Positions 43,291-53,435 are shown, counted from the stretch's first letter. The stretch: DNA of 64,000 nucleotides from a bacterium (GCA_018266105.1 JAFEBA010000018.1:7258-71257); one strand, 5' to 3'. A program made the numbers and translations. The notes: generated by a model not told the origin, from the sequence alone.

Positions 43291-43727
43291 ACTGTCCCCG
43301 CTGCCCCGGGGAGCTGCGCGAGGTTAAGGTCGGGCGTGGCCTGGCCCATGTTTGCCGGGGTTGCGAAGGCTGCTGGTTTGACGGCAAGAACCTGGAGCGC
43401 ATACTGGACGGGGAGCAAATCGTGGGCACTCCGCTGGGCGTGAGTCTGGTGGGGGAAGAGCACGGTGTGGCCCTGGAGGCCCCGGTGCACTGTCCCCGTT
43501 GCGCCCGGCTGATGCGCCGCTATGAATACGGCGGTGACAGCCAGGTGATTCTGGATGCCTGTCCCGATCATGGCGTCTGGCTGGACGACGGAGAGCTCGG
43601 TTCATTGCTGGAATACGTGGCCATTCGCGAGGGAGAGTTTTACGATTTGCCCGGAGGCGCGGCCTTGCCTCGAATTCCGCCGGCCTTCTGGCACTGGTTG
43701 GGAAGCTGGTTTCGGAAGTTAACCTGA
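43287..43727 (+). CDS. Protein with two zf-TFIIB-like zinc-ribbon domains (about 146 aa), translationally coupled to the GGDEF-EAL gene. Start uncertain: TTG at 43287 overlapping the TGA stop, or GTG at 43200.
   Basis: Two copies of CPRC…(V)C…C…G(V/C)W(F/L)D…(E/N)L…(I/L)L: CPRCPGELREVKVGRGLAHVCRGCEGCWFDGKNLERIL and CPRCARLMRRYEYGGDSQVILDACPDHGVWLDDGELGSLL. There is no ATG before the first ribbon, so the start must lie at or upstream of the upstream gene's stop. Confidence 0.55.
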   Translation: MNCPRCPGELREVKVGRGLAHVCRGCEGCWFDGKNLERILDGEQIVGTPLGVSLVGEEHGVALEAPVHCPRCARLMRRYEYGGDSQVILDACPDHGVWLDDGELGSLLEYVAIREGEFYDLPGGAALPRIPPAFWHWLGSWFRKLT

Positions 43728-43759
43728 CGTTCAGATCTGCTCCGGGGCTTTGGCATAGA

Positions 43760-44167
43760 GTGGCGGGTATGAAGCTATCAGGCTGGACTGGCATCCCTTA
43801 TGGAACGGTGTTCCACGGGAATTTCGCGGGCCACCCGTCGGTGGACGAGATCCACTCGGACGGCGCGGTGGATCCGTCTTTTTCGCAGCCGGGCGATGAT
43901 TTTATTCCTTCCATTCAGGATCAGCGCGTCAAGGACTTTTTGTTGACCGGACTGGCCCCGCATCAGGGCTGGCAGCATCAGGAAGACGGTTCCTGGGCGT
44001 TTGATCATCAGCGCCTGTCGGCCTGCAAGGGTCTGGTCACCTTAAAGTCCTGGATTTGGGAAAGTGGCTCCAAGGTAACCCATCATATAGAGGCTCCTTA
44101 CAAGTGGGACACGGGCAAGGTGGGCCTGAAAGAGAGCACCGAGGGCTTTAAGATCACGGCCAGCTAG
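43760..44167 (+). CDS. Hypothetical protein (about 135 aa).
   Basis: ORF with protein-like composition. No motif. Confidence 0.4.
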   Translation: MAGMKLSGWTGIPYGTVFHGNFAGHPSVDEIHSDGAVDPSFSQPGDDFIPSIQDQRVKDFLLTGLAPHQGWQHQEDGSWAFDHQRLSACKGLVTLKSWIWESGSKVTHHIEAPYKWDTGKVGLKESTEGFKITAS

Positions 44168-45648
44168 GGCGTGCGCACCAGCCAGCGAGGCTGAAGTTTG
44201 CCCACCAGAGGTGGCTCGGCCTCCTTCGGCAACGAGACCAGCAGTTCGATTTTGAAGGCCTCGGCCACCTGTGCTGAGGCGGTGATGAGACGGTCGTGTT
44301 CGAAACTGGGCTTGGCGGGAACGGGAATTTTCAGCATCTTCGGCTGGAGTTTGCCCAGCACGGCCAGGCTCTGCAGTCCGCGCGAGCTGCATTTGAGAAT
44401 CCAGTGGAGCCCTCGCTCCTGGAGATGCAACAGACTTTCCAGCCGGTAGCGGTGATGCAGCAGGCCTTCGTCCACTTCCCAGAGCCAGCCGGGCTGCAGC
44501 AAGAAGCTTGTGTCCACCCCTGGGTTGAGCCAGGCTGAAGCCAGCGGCGCCAGGCGGGTGGCTTCCCCTCTCTGGTTCTCCAGGTAGGTTTTCTCCCATC
44601 GGGCCCAGAGGCCCTGGACCCCTGCTGAGTCCACCAAGTCGAGTACTTCCGGTCCTTCAAGCTGCTGACCGGGCCAATCCGGCCAGTAGTGCTCGAGCGG
44701 CTCGGGCCCGAGTACGGGCAGCCAGCGAAAACTGAGGGAGTCGCCGCGCAGTGCTTCTTCCAGGGCGGCGTGCCGTTCTTTTTTGAGCTGGTGGCTTTGT
44801 TTGAGGGCTTCGGCGTAAAGCTCGCAGCTGTCGCCGCCGTTCTCTTTAGCGCGCTTGAGAGCGAGTTCGGCCACCTCCATCCACTCGTTGGTGAGGCGGG
44901 CGTCTTCAGGGCAGACGGCCACGCCGATGGAGGCGGAGCATTTGACCTGGGCTTCGGCCACGGTGAAGGGCTGGCGGAAGGCGGCGATCAAGCGGTTGGC
45001 CACAACGGCCGCTCGACCGCGCACGGGCAGGTGACCGGAGTCACTGCCGCGGGTGCTGGTTCCGCCGCGGTCGGCCGTGAGTTCGGTGAGCAACACCAGG
45101 AATTTGTCGCCTTCTAAACGGCCCACGATGTCGGAGCTGCGCACGTTGTTTTGCAGGCGTTGGGCCGCCTGAATCAGGACTTCGTCGCCGGAACTGCGCC
45201 CGAGTTCGGAATTGACGTGGCGCAGGTGGTCCAGATCAACGCGCAGCAGAGCCGAGGAGCGCATGTAGCGCTGGGACTGGCTGCAGCTGTGTTCGACAAA
45301 TTGGGCCAAAATGTTCCAGTTGGGGAGACCGGTGAGCGGGTCCTCAAACGCCATTCGTTCCGTGTCTTCGGACACCCAGGCTACCTGGGCGTCTTCTCGG
45401 AAGATGTACAGGCGCTGGTTGGAGGGAGCCTCCACCACATCCACCACCCAGCCGGCCGAACCGGCTTCCGGGCTGGGCAGGCGATGCTGGCCCGAGGGGA
45501 GGTGATGACTGAAGTGGCTGCCCTTCTCCGCCTGGCTGCCAAAGAAGCGGCGCGCCTCGGGGTTGGACCTTTGCACATAATGCTGAGAGTCCAGCACCAG
45601 CACGGCGTAAGGCAGGCTGTCGAGCAGCCAGTCGGGCGGATTTACCAT
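44164..45648 (-). CDS. GGDEF-domain protein with a degenerate active-site motif (LEGDKF) and an N-terminal PAS-like region. Probably a non-catalytic or regulatory diguanylate-cyclase homologue.
   Basis: …FEDPLTGLPNWNILAQF…RVDLDHLRHVNSELGRSSGDEVL…RLEGDKFLVLL…ASIGVAVCPED…ALKRAKENG. The GGDEF fold is present but the signature reads EGDKF. Confidence 0.75.
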   Translation of the reverse strand: MVNPPDWLLDSLPYAVLVLDSQHYVQRSNPEARRFFGSQAEKGSHFSHHLPSGQHRLPSPEAGSAGWVVDVVEAPSNQRLYIFREDAQVAWVSEDTERMAFEDPLTGLPNWNILAQFVEHSCSQSQRYMRSSALLRVDLDHLRHVNSELGRSSGDEVLIQAAQRLQNNVRSSDIVGRLEGDKFLVLLTELTADRGGTSTRGSDSGHLPVRGRAAVVANRLIAAFRQPFTVAEAQVKCSASIGVAVCPEDARLTNEWMEVAELALKRAKENGGDSCELYAEALKQSHQLKKERHAALEEALRGDSLSFRWLPVLGPEPLEHYWPDWPGQQLEGPEVLDLVDSAGVQGLWARWEKTYLENQRGEATRLAPLASAWLNPGVDTSFLLQPGWLWEVDEGLLHHRYRLESLLHLQERGLHWILKCSSRGLQSLAVLGKLQPKMLKIPVPAKPSFEHDRLITASAQVAEAFKIELLVSLPKEAEPPLVGKLQPRWLVRTP

Positions 45649-47657
45649 ACGCGATTGCGCGGGTTGCGCACCATGGGCGAGTTCTCCGGGATCTGGAAGG
45701 CCTTTTGGAATTCCGGCATGTTGGAAAGCGGCCCGTTGACGCGGAAGCGCGGGTTGGGGTGGGGATCGGTGTTGACCTGGAGGCGCACGTACTCGTCCCG
45801 CATATTCATGGCCCAGATGCGAGCGTAGGCCAGGAAAAAGCGCTGCTCGGGTGTGAAGCCGTCGAGCGTTTTTGGAGTTTTGCCAGCTTGGGAAGCCTGG
45901 TAGGCTTCCCAGGCGAGCTTGAGCCCGCCGAGGTCGGCGATGCTTTCGCCCACCACCAGTTTGCCCTGGATGTGCAGTCCTGGCGCCACTTCATAGCCGC
46001 TGAACTGATCCACGATGGCTTTGGAGAGAGCCTGGAATTTCTTGAGGTCCTCGGGTTTCCACCAGTTGCGAAGGTTGCCTTTGGGGTCAAACTGAGCACC
46101 CTGATCGTCGAAACCGTGGGTGATTTCGTGGCCAATGACCACGCCCAGTGCGCCGTAGTTGACCGAGTCGTCCGCTTCCATGGAGAAGAACGGGGGCTGC
46201 AGGATGCCGGCGGGGAACACGATTTCGTTGTTTTGGGGATCGTAATAGGCGTTGACGGTGGGTGGAGTCATGTACCATTCATTGTGGTCCATGGGTTTGC
46301 CGATTTTCTTGAGGTCGCGCTGGACTTCGAAGGCATCGGCGTGCTGGACATTGGCCAGGTAGTTACCCGGGCTGATGCTCAGGCTGGCGTAATTGCGCCA
46401 GCGCTCAGGGTAGCCGATCTTCTGGTGGAAGGAGGCAAGCTTTTCCTGGGCCGCCTTTTTGGTTTCGGGCGTCATCCACTCCAGCTCGTTGATGGTGTTC
46501 TTGAGAGCACCGCGGATGTTTTTGAGCATATCTTCCACTTTGGCCTTGGCGGCCGGAGGGAAGTGGCGGTCCACGTACTTGTGGCCGAGGGCGTCACCCA
46601 TGTCCCCGTCGATTTCTTTGACTACCCGGCGCCAGCGAGTGGTGATCTCCTGGGCGCCGGTCAGTGTCTTGCCGTAGAAGCCAAAGAAAAGCTGAGCCCA
46701 GTCTTCAGTCAGGTAGTCGGCAGATTTGCGCAGCACGTTCCATTGCAGGTAGGCTCGCTGGGCCTCCAGCGGGGTGGTTTTGAGGATGGCGCCAAGCAGT
46801 TTGAAGAACTTGGGCGAGGAGATGTTGACCGACTTCAGAGCGGGAGCGCCGAGTTCTTTGAAGTAGCGCGGCCAGTCCAGGCCGGGCGCTTCTTTGGCCA
46901 GTTGGGCCACGCTGACGGGATGGTAGGTGGCCTTGGGGTCGCGCTGCTGGACCAGCGTCATGCTGGCCCGGGCCAGGCGGGTCTCAAGTTCAAAGACCTG
47001 CTTAGCCTTCTTCTCGGCCGTGGCGGCGTCGTCTCCCCATTTTTTAAAGACCTCCACCAGGAAGGCCTGATACTGTTCCCGGATTTTTTGTGATTTTTCG
47101 TCCGTCCGGGTGTAGTACTCGGATTCGGGCAGGCCCAGGCCGCCCTGGTTGAGCTGGCCGATGACCAGACTGCTGTCTTTTGAATCCTGGGCCGAGCCGA
47201 AGCTGAAGTAGGGGTGGCACGCCTGCCGGTGGCGTTGGGTTAACCAGCCTTGAAGGTCTTTGGTTTTGGCCAGTTCGTCCAGCTCTTGTTTGACCAGGTT
47301 GATGCCGGCCGCCTGGCCGGCTTCGGTCATGCCGCTGGTGTAGAAGTAGCCCAGCTTTTTGCCCTCGGCGTCGCTGGGGTTTTTGGCTTGTTCTTCCAGG
47401 ATGGTGTGAAGTTTGTCCTGATTTTCTTCCAGCAGCTTGTTGAAGGTGCCCCAGCGGGGTTTGTCAGAGGGAATGGGGTTGGCTTTGAGCCAGCCGCCGT
47501 TGGCGTATTGGAAGAAGTCCTGGGCGGGATTTGCGCTCCGGTCGAGGTTGTTGAGGTCCAGGCCGCTCTGCGAGGGTTCGGCGGTTGCGGCAATGGAAAG
47601 CAAAAGAGCCAGGCCGAGGTGGGCCAGGCTCTTTTTGAGAGAGTACGGGTGGGTCAT
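45642..47657 (-). CDS. Secreted M13-family zinc metallopeptidase (neprilysin/PepO-like endopeptidase).
   Basis: Signal peptide. HExxH in VIGHEITHGFDDQG. Distal GESIADLGG (ExxAD) motif. NAYY and overall M13 length and architecture. Confidence 0.9.
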   Translation of the reverse strand: MTHPYSLKKSLAHLGLALLLSIAATAEPSQSGLDLNNLDRSANPAQDFFQYANGGWLKANPIPSDKPRWGTFNKLLEENQDKLHTILEEQAKNPSDAEGKKLGYFYTSGMTEAGQAAGINLVKQELDELAKTKDLQGWLTQRHRQACHPYFSFGSAQDSKDSSLVIGQLNQGGLGLPESEYYTRTDEKSQKIREQYQAFLVEVFKKWGDDAATAEKKAKQVFELETRLARASMTLVQQRDPKATYHPVSVAQLAKEAPGLDWPRYFKELGAPALKSVNISSPKFFKLLGAILKTTPLEAQRAYLQWNVLRKSADYLTEDWAQLFFGFYGKTLTGAQEITTRWRRVVKEIDGDMGDALGHKYVDRHFPPAAKAKVEDMLKNIRGALKNTINELEWMTPETKKAAQEKLASFHQKIGYPERWRNYASLSISPGNYLANVQHADAFEVQRDLKKIGKPMDHNEWYMTPPTVNAYYDPQNNEIVFPAGILQPPFFSMEADDSVNYGALGVVIGHEITHGFDDQGAQFDPKGNLRNWWKPEDLKKFQALSKAIVDQFSGYEVAPGLHIQGKLVVGESIADLGGLKLAWEAYQASQAGKTPKTLDGFTPEQRFFLAYARIWAMNMRDEYVRLQVNTDPHPNPRFRVNGPLSNMPEFQKAFQIPENSPMVRNPRNRVW

Positions 47658-47675
47658 GCCCGCCGCGTTCGCTTT

Positions 47676-48128
47676 CTACTCGAAGGACCCCTCCGGGGCC
47701 TGGGTGGCTTTGATGAGGTTGTGCAGCTCCTCGAGCAGAGTCTCGAGGGCCTGGGGGGTGGGTTGGAGGCCGTCTTTGATGAGGCGGTACTCTTTGTGAG
47801 TGAGCTCCAGTTCCAGGAAGGGGTCTAAGCTGGCCAGGGCTTTGCGCACATCTGGGTTGGCCAGCATTTCTTTGGCTTCGGGCGTCTCAGCGCGGATGAC
47901 GTAGTTGTCGTCCAGGTGGGGGTCGCCAACTTTGGTCTCGTCGGAGATGCCCATTTTGTCGAGCTGCTTGGTGTAGTCGCTTTCAGCCGAGAGCCGCAGG
48001 CGGGCGGCCGGTCGGGCGTGCAGGACCACCAGCCATTGTTGTTCTCCCAGGGCTTTGAGGGCGAGCGGAATGCCGTGGTATTCATTGCCAAAATGATTGA
48101 GGATCGATTCATCGATAGTAGTCATCAT
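47676..48128 (-). CDS. Hypothetical protein (150 aa).
   Basis: ORF with protein-like composition. Confidence 0.45.
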   Translation of the reverse strand: MMTTIDESILNHFGNEYHGIPLALKALGEQQWLVVLHARPAARLRLSAESDYTKQLDKMGISDETKVGDPHLDDNYVIRAETPEAKEMLANPDVRKALASLDPFLELELTHKEYRLIKDGLQPTPQALETLLEELHNLIKATQAPEGSFE

Positions 48129-48282
48129 GGGTTAGAGTATACTCGACACTAATTCAAGCTCCTCTTTATTTGGTGTGTTGCGCTGAGGTTTGGGCTCCAG
48201 GTCCAGGGCTGAATTCGGGCTGGTCCCGACGTAGGAACATCCGTGGGGGTGAAAGAAGCGGCGCGCCTCTGGAGGTATAGAG

Positions 48283-49692
48283 ATGATGAGTGTTGAGACC
48301 GCTCAGGTGCGTCAGGAATCCGATACGATGGGGACGATTGAGGTCGCCAACGATCGTTACTGGGGTGCTCAGACCCAGCGTTCTTTGAAGTATTTTGCCA
48401 TCGGCGAGGACAAGATGCCGCCGGTATTGATTCGGGCCTTCGGGATTCTTAAGCGTTCGGCGGCTGAGGTGAATGCGGAGCTGGGGCTGTTGAAGCCGGA
48501 GCTGCGCGATTTGATCGTTCAGGCCGCCAATGAGGTGATCGAGAATAAGTTGGATGAGCACTTTCCGCTGCGCATCTGGCAGACGGGCTCGGGCACACAG
48601 ACCAACATGAACACCAATGAGGTGATCTCCAACCGGGCCATCGAGCTGGCGGGCGGACAGATGGGCTCCAAGAAGCCCGTTCATCCCAATGATCATGTCA
48701 ACATGTCTCAGTCCTCCAATGATACCTTCCCCACCGCGATGCACATCGCAGCGGTGGAGGTGCTGCACAAGCAGTTGGTTCCCGCCATCAAGCATCTGCG
48801 TGATGTGTTGGCTTCGCGTCAGCAGAAATTCGAGCACATTGTCAAGATTGGGCGTACTCATCTGCAGGATGCGGTGCCGCTGACGATGGGTCAGGAATTT
48901 GGCGGCTACGTGGCCATGTTGGACCAGGATCTGCAGCGCATCGAGATGGTTCTGCCTCATCTGTATGAGCTGGCGGCCGGGGGGACGGCGGTCGGTACGG
49001 GTCTCAACTCGCACCCGGATTTCGCCGTCAAGGTCGCCGAGCGGATTGCCAAGATTAGCGGATTCGCCTTTGTGACCGCGCCCAACAAGTTTGCCGGTCT
49101 GGCCTCCCACGATGCGCTGGTGATGGCCAGCGGGGCGCTGAAGACACTGGCATGTTCGTTGATGAAGATCGCCAACGACATTCGCTGGTTGGCTTCGGGT
49201 CCTCGCTGTGGTCTGGGTGAACTCGTGTTGCCTGAAAATGAACCGGGTTCATCGATTATGCCGGGAAAAGTGAATCCCACTCAATCTGAAGCCATGACCA
49301 TGGTGGCCGTGCAGGTGATGGGCAATGACGCGGCCATCGGTTTTGCGGGATCGCAGGGCAATTTTGAGTTGAATGTGTTCAAGCCGGTCATCATCCACAA
49401 CTTTTTACATAGTGTTCGCCTGCTGAGCGATACTTGTCGCTCCTTTGCCGACCATTGTGCTGTGGGTATCGAGGCCGACGAAGAGGTCATCGCGGGCTAT
49501 GTTCGCGACTCGCTGATGTTGGTGACGGCGCTGGCGCCGAAGATTGGCTACGACATGGCGGCCAAGGTCGCCAAGCAAGGCCACAAAGAGAAGAAGAACC
49601 TTAAGCAGGTTTGTCTGGAGTTGAAATTGTTGACCGAGGAAGAGTTTGACGAGGCCCTCCAGCCTCTGAAAATGTGCTTCCCGGGAGTGTAA
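48283..49692 (+). CDS. fumC: Fumarate hydratase class II (fumarase C).
   Basis: Fumarate-lyase signature [31 protein letters not shown] (fumarase-type rather than aspartase). Overall FumC length and conserved blocks. Confidence 0.95.
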   Translation: MMSVETAQVRQESDTMGTIEVANDRYWGAQTQRSLKYFAIGEDKMPPVLIRAFGILKRSAAEVNAELGLLKPELRDLIVQAANEVIENKLDEHFPLRIWQTGSGTQTNMNTNEVISNRAIELAGGQMGSKKPVHPNDHVNMSQSSNDTFPTAMHIAAVEVLHKQLVPAIKHLRDVLASRQQKFEHIVKIGRTHLQDAVPLTMGQEFGGYVAMLDQDLQRIEMVLPHLYELAAGGTAVGTGLNSHPDFAVKVAERIAKISGFAFVTAPNKFAGLASHDALVMASGALKTLACSLMKIANDIRWLASGPRCGLGELVLPENEPGSSIMPGKVNPTQSEAMTMVAVQVMGNDAAIGFAGSQGNFELNVFKPVIIHNFLHSVRLLSDTCRSFADHCAVGIEADEEVIAGYVRDSLMLVTALAPKIGYDMAAKVAKQGHKEKKNLKQVCLELKLLTEEEFDEALQPLKMCFPGV

Positions 49693-49815
49693 AAAACCAT
49701 GGTTAATCCGAGTAAAACACTCGAGATTTACTTGTGGTTCAGGTCGGAAGGAGTCAAGGGCACCTTGTAAAAGGGCCTTTGAGAAATTTTTCACAAAGTC
49801 TACGGCGCCGGGGGA

Positions 49816-50394
49816 ATGAGCGCCGATCGTAGGAGTCGAGACAGAATGGCACCAGAGCAGAAACTATTGGCCAGTATCAGGAGCATCGTTTTGATTGCCC
49901 CTATCATCTTGATGGCCACGTTTATCGGGGTCTATCAGTATAGCTGGCGGGTGAAAGCGCAGCCTTTCCCGTTTAATCACAAGTATCATGCCGGTGACCG
50001 CGGCATCGATTGTAAGTATTGTCACCGCGGAACGGATAAAGGCTATATGGCCGGCGTTCCGTCGGTGTCGGATTGCTGGGCCTGTCACCAGAATCTGACC
50101 GATAAGGGTCAGTTTGGTGCGCCGGTGATTGAGCGTCCCGACGTGCAACGTCTGCTCAAGGACTACGTCGAGACCAAGAAAGAGATCAAGTGGTACAAGG
50201 TTTATGACATGCCCGAGCATGTCAAATTCCCTCACAAGGCGCACATCAATGCTGGTTTGCAGTGCACCGAGTGCCACGGCAAGGTGGAGAATATGCCGGT
50301 GGTGCAGATGAACCAGGTTCCCCATATGGGCTGGTGCGTCGGCTGTCATCGTCAGAAAAATGCTCCCGTCGATTGCACGGTTTGTCACTACTAG
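49816..50394 (+). CDS. actA: Pentahaem c-type cytochrome, the ActA subunit of alternative complex III.
   Basis: Five CxxCH motifs (CKYCH, CWACH, CTECH, CVGCH, CTVCH) and an N-terminal membrane anchor. It lies immediately upstream of the MopB/FeS/NrfD genes. Confidence 0.8.
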   Translation: MSADRRSRDRMAPEQKLLASIRSIVLIAPIILMATFIGVYQYSWRVKAQPFPFNHKYHAGDRGIDCKYCHRGTDKGYMAGVPSVSDCWACHQNLTDKGQFGAPVIERPDVQRLLKDYVETKKEIKWYKVYDMPEHVKFPHKAHINAGLQCTECHGKVENMPVVQMNQVPHMGWCVGCHRQKNAPVDCTVCHY

Positions 50395-50406
50395 GCGGAG
50401 GATTCA

Positions 50407-52668
50407 GTGTCACTTACACGTCGTAACTTTATTAAATGCGGTCTGATGACCGGGGCGGCAGTTTCGCTCACGGCCTGTCAGCGCAATGTCGAGCACGGGG
50501 TCGTCTCGCAGTATGTGATGCCGGAATATGCGATTCCGGCTCAACCTCTTTATTGGGCCACCACTTGCGGTGAATGTATCGGGGGCTGCGGCGTAGCCGT
50601 CAAGACGACCGATGGTCGCGCCATCAAGTTGGAGGGTTTGCCTGAGCACCCGCTCAGCCGGGGCCGGCTTTGCGCCCGCGGTCAGTCTGGACTGCAGGTG
50701 ACCTATCACCCCAGTCGCCTGAACGACATCACCGATGGTTCCGGCAAGGTTCTGTCGCGGGACTGGGGTGAGTTCTTCAAGAGCACTCTGGATAAGTCCA
50801 ATCTCACCGACAAGCAGCCTTTGTTTGTGGTTCGCTCACTGGGCGGCACGTTGGGTGGGCTGTTGATCGAGTTGGCCAAAGAGACCAAAGGTAAAATCTG
50901 GTTGCTGGATTACCCCAGTCGTCTGGCTGAGCGCCAGGTGATGAAGGCTCTGACCGGCAAGGCCGAGTTGCCCTTCTATCGTTTTGAAGACGCCGACTAT
51001 GCCGTCACCTTCGGTGGCGACTTGCTGGCCCTGGGTCACAACATCGTGCGCTCCGGGTGGGGTTACGGTGAGTTCCGTCAGGGACGCGGTCGTGACCGCG
51101 GCACTCTGGTGTCTGTTTCCTCGCGCATCAATATGACCGCAGGCAACTCCGACCGCTGGCTGCCCACCCGTCCGGGTGCTGAGGGCTGGGTGGCGCTGGC
51201 CGTGGGCAATATCATCGCCGCCAAGAAGGGCGGATCTGTCTGGCCCGCCTGGGCCAAGAGCGTGTCGCTGGAGAAGGCGGCCGAGGCTTCGGGCCTGGAG
51301 GCTTCGCTGATCGAGCGTCTGGCCGCCCAGCTTCTGAAAGCCAAGAAGCCCTTGATCGTAGCCGACAGCGATGCCGGTAACTACATCAATGGGGTAGACT
51401 CGCTCTATATCATTCACTCGCTGCAGAAGCTGTTGACCGGCAGCATCGAGACCTTCGAGCCGGAGAACGTTCTGGGCGTTAAGGGCGGCGTGCCCAAGGG
51501 CCTGATCGTAAATACGGCCGAGGCGATGAAGCATCTGGACAGCACCAACTGTCTGGCGACCTGGATTTTCGATCTGGATGTGGTCAATTTGATGCCGGCC
51601 TCCATCGACGCCAAAGCTCAGCTGGCCAAGGGCGGCAATCTGGTGGTGTTCTCCACCTTTGCCAGCGAGACCAGCAAGCTGGCCAAAGCGGTGGTGCCTA
51701 TCCTGAATTGGGTTGAAGAATTTGGCGACCAGCGCATCACCGGCGCCGGGCTGGATATCTACAATGTGCAGCAGCCGGCCATCCGGCCGCACTGGGAGAA
51801 CGCCCGCTCGCTGGGCGACATCCTGACGGCCATCAAGGTGGGCGACCCCATTGGTCTGGGCGTGATTCCCAATGGAGCCGCCGATGGCGCCTCCAAGGGC
51901 AAGACCTTCCACGACTTGATCAAAGGCGACGCTGACCAGACCCGCTGGGAAGCCCTGCTGGCTCGTGGCGGTTCCTATAAGGAAGAATCTCTGGCCTCGG
52001 ATATCTACAAGCATCGCGTGGCCACTCCGCCCAAACTCGTGGCTGATCCCGGTAAGCCACCGGCAGGCGTCAACCCCTACGAGGGATTGGAGCCGGCCAG
52101 CGTGACCGCCTGGACGGAGACCTTTGTGGAGGGGCCCGTGCTGGTGCCCATCGCCACTCTGGCTCTGCGCGACGGTAGTCTTGGCAACCGGCCCTGGATG
52201 CAGGAGTTGCCCGACCCCATGACTACCTCGGTCTGGGGCGGCTACATCGAGATGAGCCAGACCCTGGCCGACAAGCTGAAGGTCAAGCGTCACGACGTGG
52301 TGCGCGTCACGGTGCCCGGCGTCGAGAAGGCGATTGTGGGTCCAGCCCTGCCGTCGGCCTCGATGCACGAAGACTTTATCGGCGTGCCGGTTGGGGCTGA
52401 GAATCCGGATTACTCGGGTTGGTCGAACCTGAACTACGGTCTGGGCAGCAAGGTGTTTGGCCGCTATGGCTACACCAACGCCAACTATAGTAAGGGCGGT
52501 ATCAATCCGCTCACCAAGATCAAGGCTGAGATGACCAAGGCGGGTGAACCCCAGTGGGTTGGCGCCAAGGTTGAGGTAGCCAAGGATCCTGAAAACAAAG
52601 TTGACATGATTACAGCGATGGATATCCGCGTGTTTGAACTGCCGCGCGAGATTCTGCCGTTTCAGTAA
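50407..52668 (+). CDS. actB1: Molybdopterin-oxidoreductase-like large subunit with a Tat signal (ActB1 module of ACIII, encoded separately from the FeS module).
   Basis: Twin-arginine signal MSLTRRNFIKCGLMTGAAVSLTAC. N-terminal CGECIGGCG…C cluster-binding motif. MopB-like length. Confidence 0.8.
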   Translation: MSLTRRNFIKCGLMTGAAVSLTACQRNVEHGVVSQYVMPEYAIPAQPLYWATTCGECIGGCGVAVKTTDGRAIKLEGLPEHPLSRGRLCARGQSGLQVTYHPSRLNDITDGSGKVLSRDWGEFFKSTLDKSNLTDKQPLFVVRSLGGTLGGLLIELAKETKGKIWLLDYPSRLAERQVMKALTGKAELPFYRFEDADYAVTFGGDLLALGHNIVRSGWGYGEFRQGRGRDRGTLVSVSSRINMTAGNSDRWLPTRPGAEGWVALAVGNIIAAKKGGSVWPAWAKSVSLEKAAEASGLEASLIERLAAQLLKAKKPLIVADSDAGNYINGVDSLYIIHSLQKLLTGSIETFEPENVLGVKGGVPKGLIVNTAEAMKHLDSTNCLATWIFDLDVVNLMPASIDAKAQLAKGGNLVVFSTFASETSKLAKAVVPILNWVEEFGDQRITGAGLDIYNVQQPAIRPHWENARSLGDILTAIKVGDPIGLGVIPNGAADGASKGKTFHDLIKGDADQTRWEALLARGGSYKEESLASDIYKHRVATPPKLVADPGKPPAGVNPYEGLEPASVTAWTETFVEGPVLVPIATLALRDGSLGNRPWMQELPDPMTTSVWGGYIEMSQTLADKLKVKRHDVVRVTVPGVEKAIVGPALPSASMHEDFIGVPVGAENPDYSGWSNLNYGLGSKVFGRYGYTNANYSKGGINPLTKIKAEMTKAGEPQWVGAKVEVAKDPENKVDMITAMDIRVFELPREILPFQ

Positions 52669-52694
52669 CTGAAAGCGCTCGAAAAGGAGAGAGT

Positions 52695-53435
52695 ATGGCT
52701 GATACAAAGCCCCCTTGGGGCGTAGTTCAGTGGGGGATGGTAGTGGACGCAGACCGCTGCACGGGCTGTAAAGCCTGTGTTGTTGCCTGTCGTTCCGAAA
52801 ATAATATAGCCACCGTAGGTGCGGAGGCGAGCGCCATGGGGCGCATGATGGACTGGATCCGCATTGAGCGCATGTTCCACGGCGAGTATCCTGACATTCA
52901 GACGATGTTCGTTCCGATGCTGTGCCAGCACTGCGGCTCGGCTCCTTGCGAATCCGTCTGCCCCGTGTTCGCCGCCGTGGGTACCCACGATGGTCTGAAT
53001 GCACAGATTTACAACCGTTGCGTGGGCACTCGACTGTGCGCCAACAACTGTCCGTATCACGTGCGTATGTATAACTTCGTGCAGCCCAAGTGGCCGCCCT
53101 CAATGGAGTTGCTGCTCAATCCCGACGTGTCGGTGCGTAACGAAGGCGTGATGGAGAAGTGCACGATGTGCGTCCAGCGCATCCGCCGCGCTGACCTGGA
53201 CGTCAAGGTGAGCAAGCGCCCCTACGCCGATGGTGAGCTGCGCACGGCCTGCGTGCAGAGCTGCCCCTCGGGCGCGCTGGTGTTTGGCGACCTCAACGAT
53301 GAGGAGAGCACCATCAGCAAGCTGGTGAAGCACGAGTCCAACCGTACTTACTACATCGGGCATGTCGAATATCACACCGCTCCTAACGTGATCTATCTGC
53401 GTCCGGAGAAGAACGCGGAGGCCCTGGGCGAATGA
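52695..53435 (+). CDS. actB2: 4Fe-4S ferredoxin-type iron-sulfur subunit (ActB2 / PsrB-NrfC-like).
   Basis: Several Cys clusters: CTGCKACVVAC; CQHCGSAPCESVCP; CVGTRLCANNCPYH; CTMCVQR. Confidence 0.8.
   Translation: MADTKPPWGVVQWGMVVDADRCTGCKACVVACRSENNIATVGAEASAMGRMMDWIRIERMFHGEYPDIQTMFVPMLCQHCGSAPCESVCPVFAAVGTHDGLNAQIYNRCVGTRLCANNCPYHVRMYNFVQPKWPPSMELLLNPDVSVRNEGVMEKCTMCVQRIRRADLDVKVSKRPYADGELRTACVQSCPSGALVFGDLNDEESTISKLVKHESNRTYYIGHVEYHTAPNVIYLRPEKNAEALGE

Noticed and set aside
45705-47093. 462 aa plus-strand ORF inside the M13 peptidase gene.
   Set aside because: Antisense to a gene with HExxH, ExxAD and a signal peptide. Gly/Val/Ala-rich.
48166-49110. 314 aa minus-strand ORF overlapping fumC.
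   Set aside because: fumC carries the fumarate-lyase signature. The antisense frame is low-complexity.
50836-53103. 755 aa minus-strand ORF overlapping actB1 and actB2.
   Set aside because: Antisense to genes with Tat signal, FeS and MopB motifs. Arg/Gly/Ala-rich.
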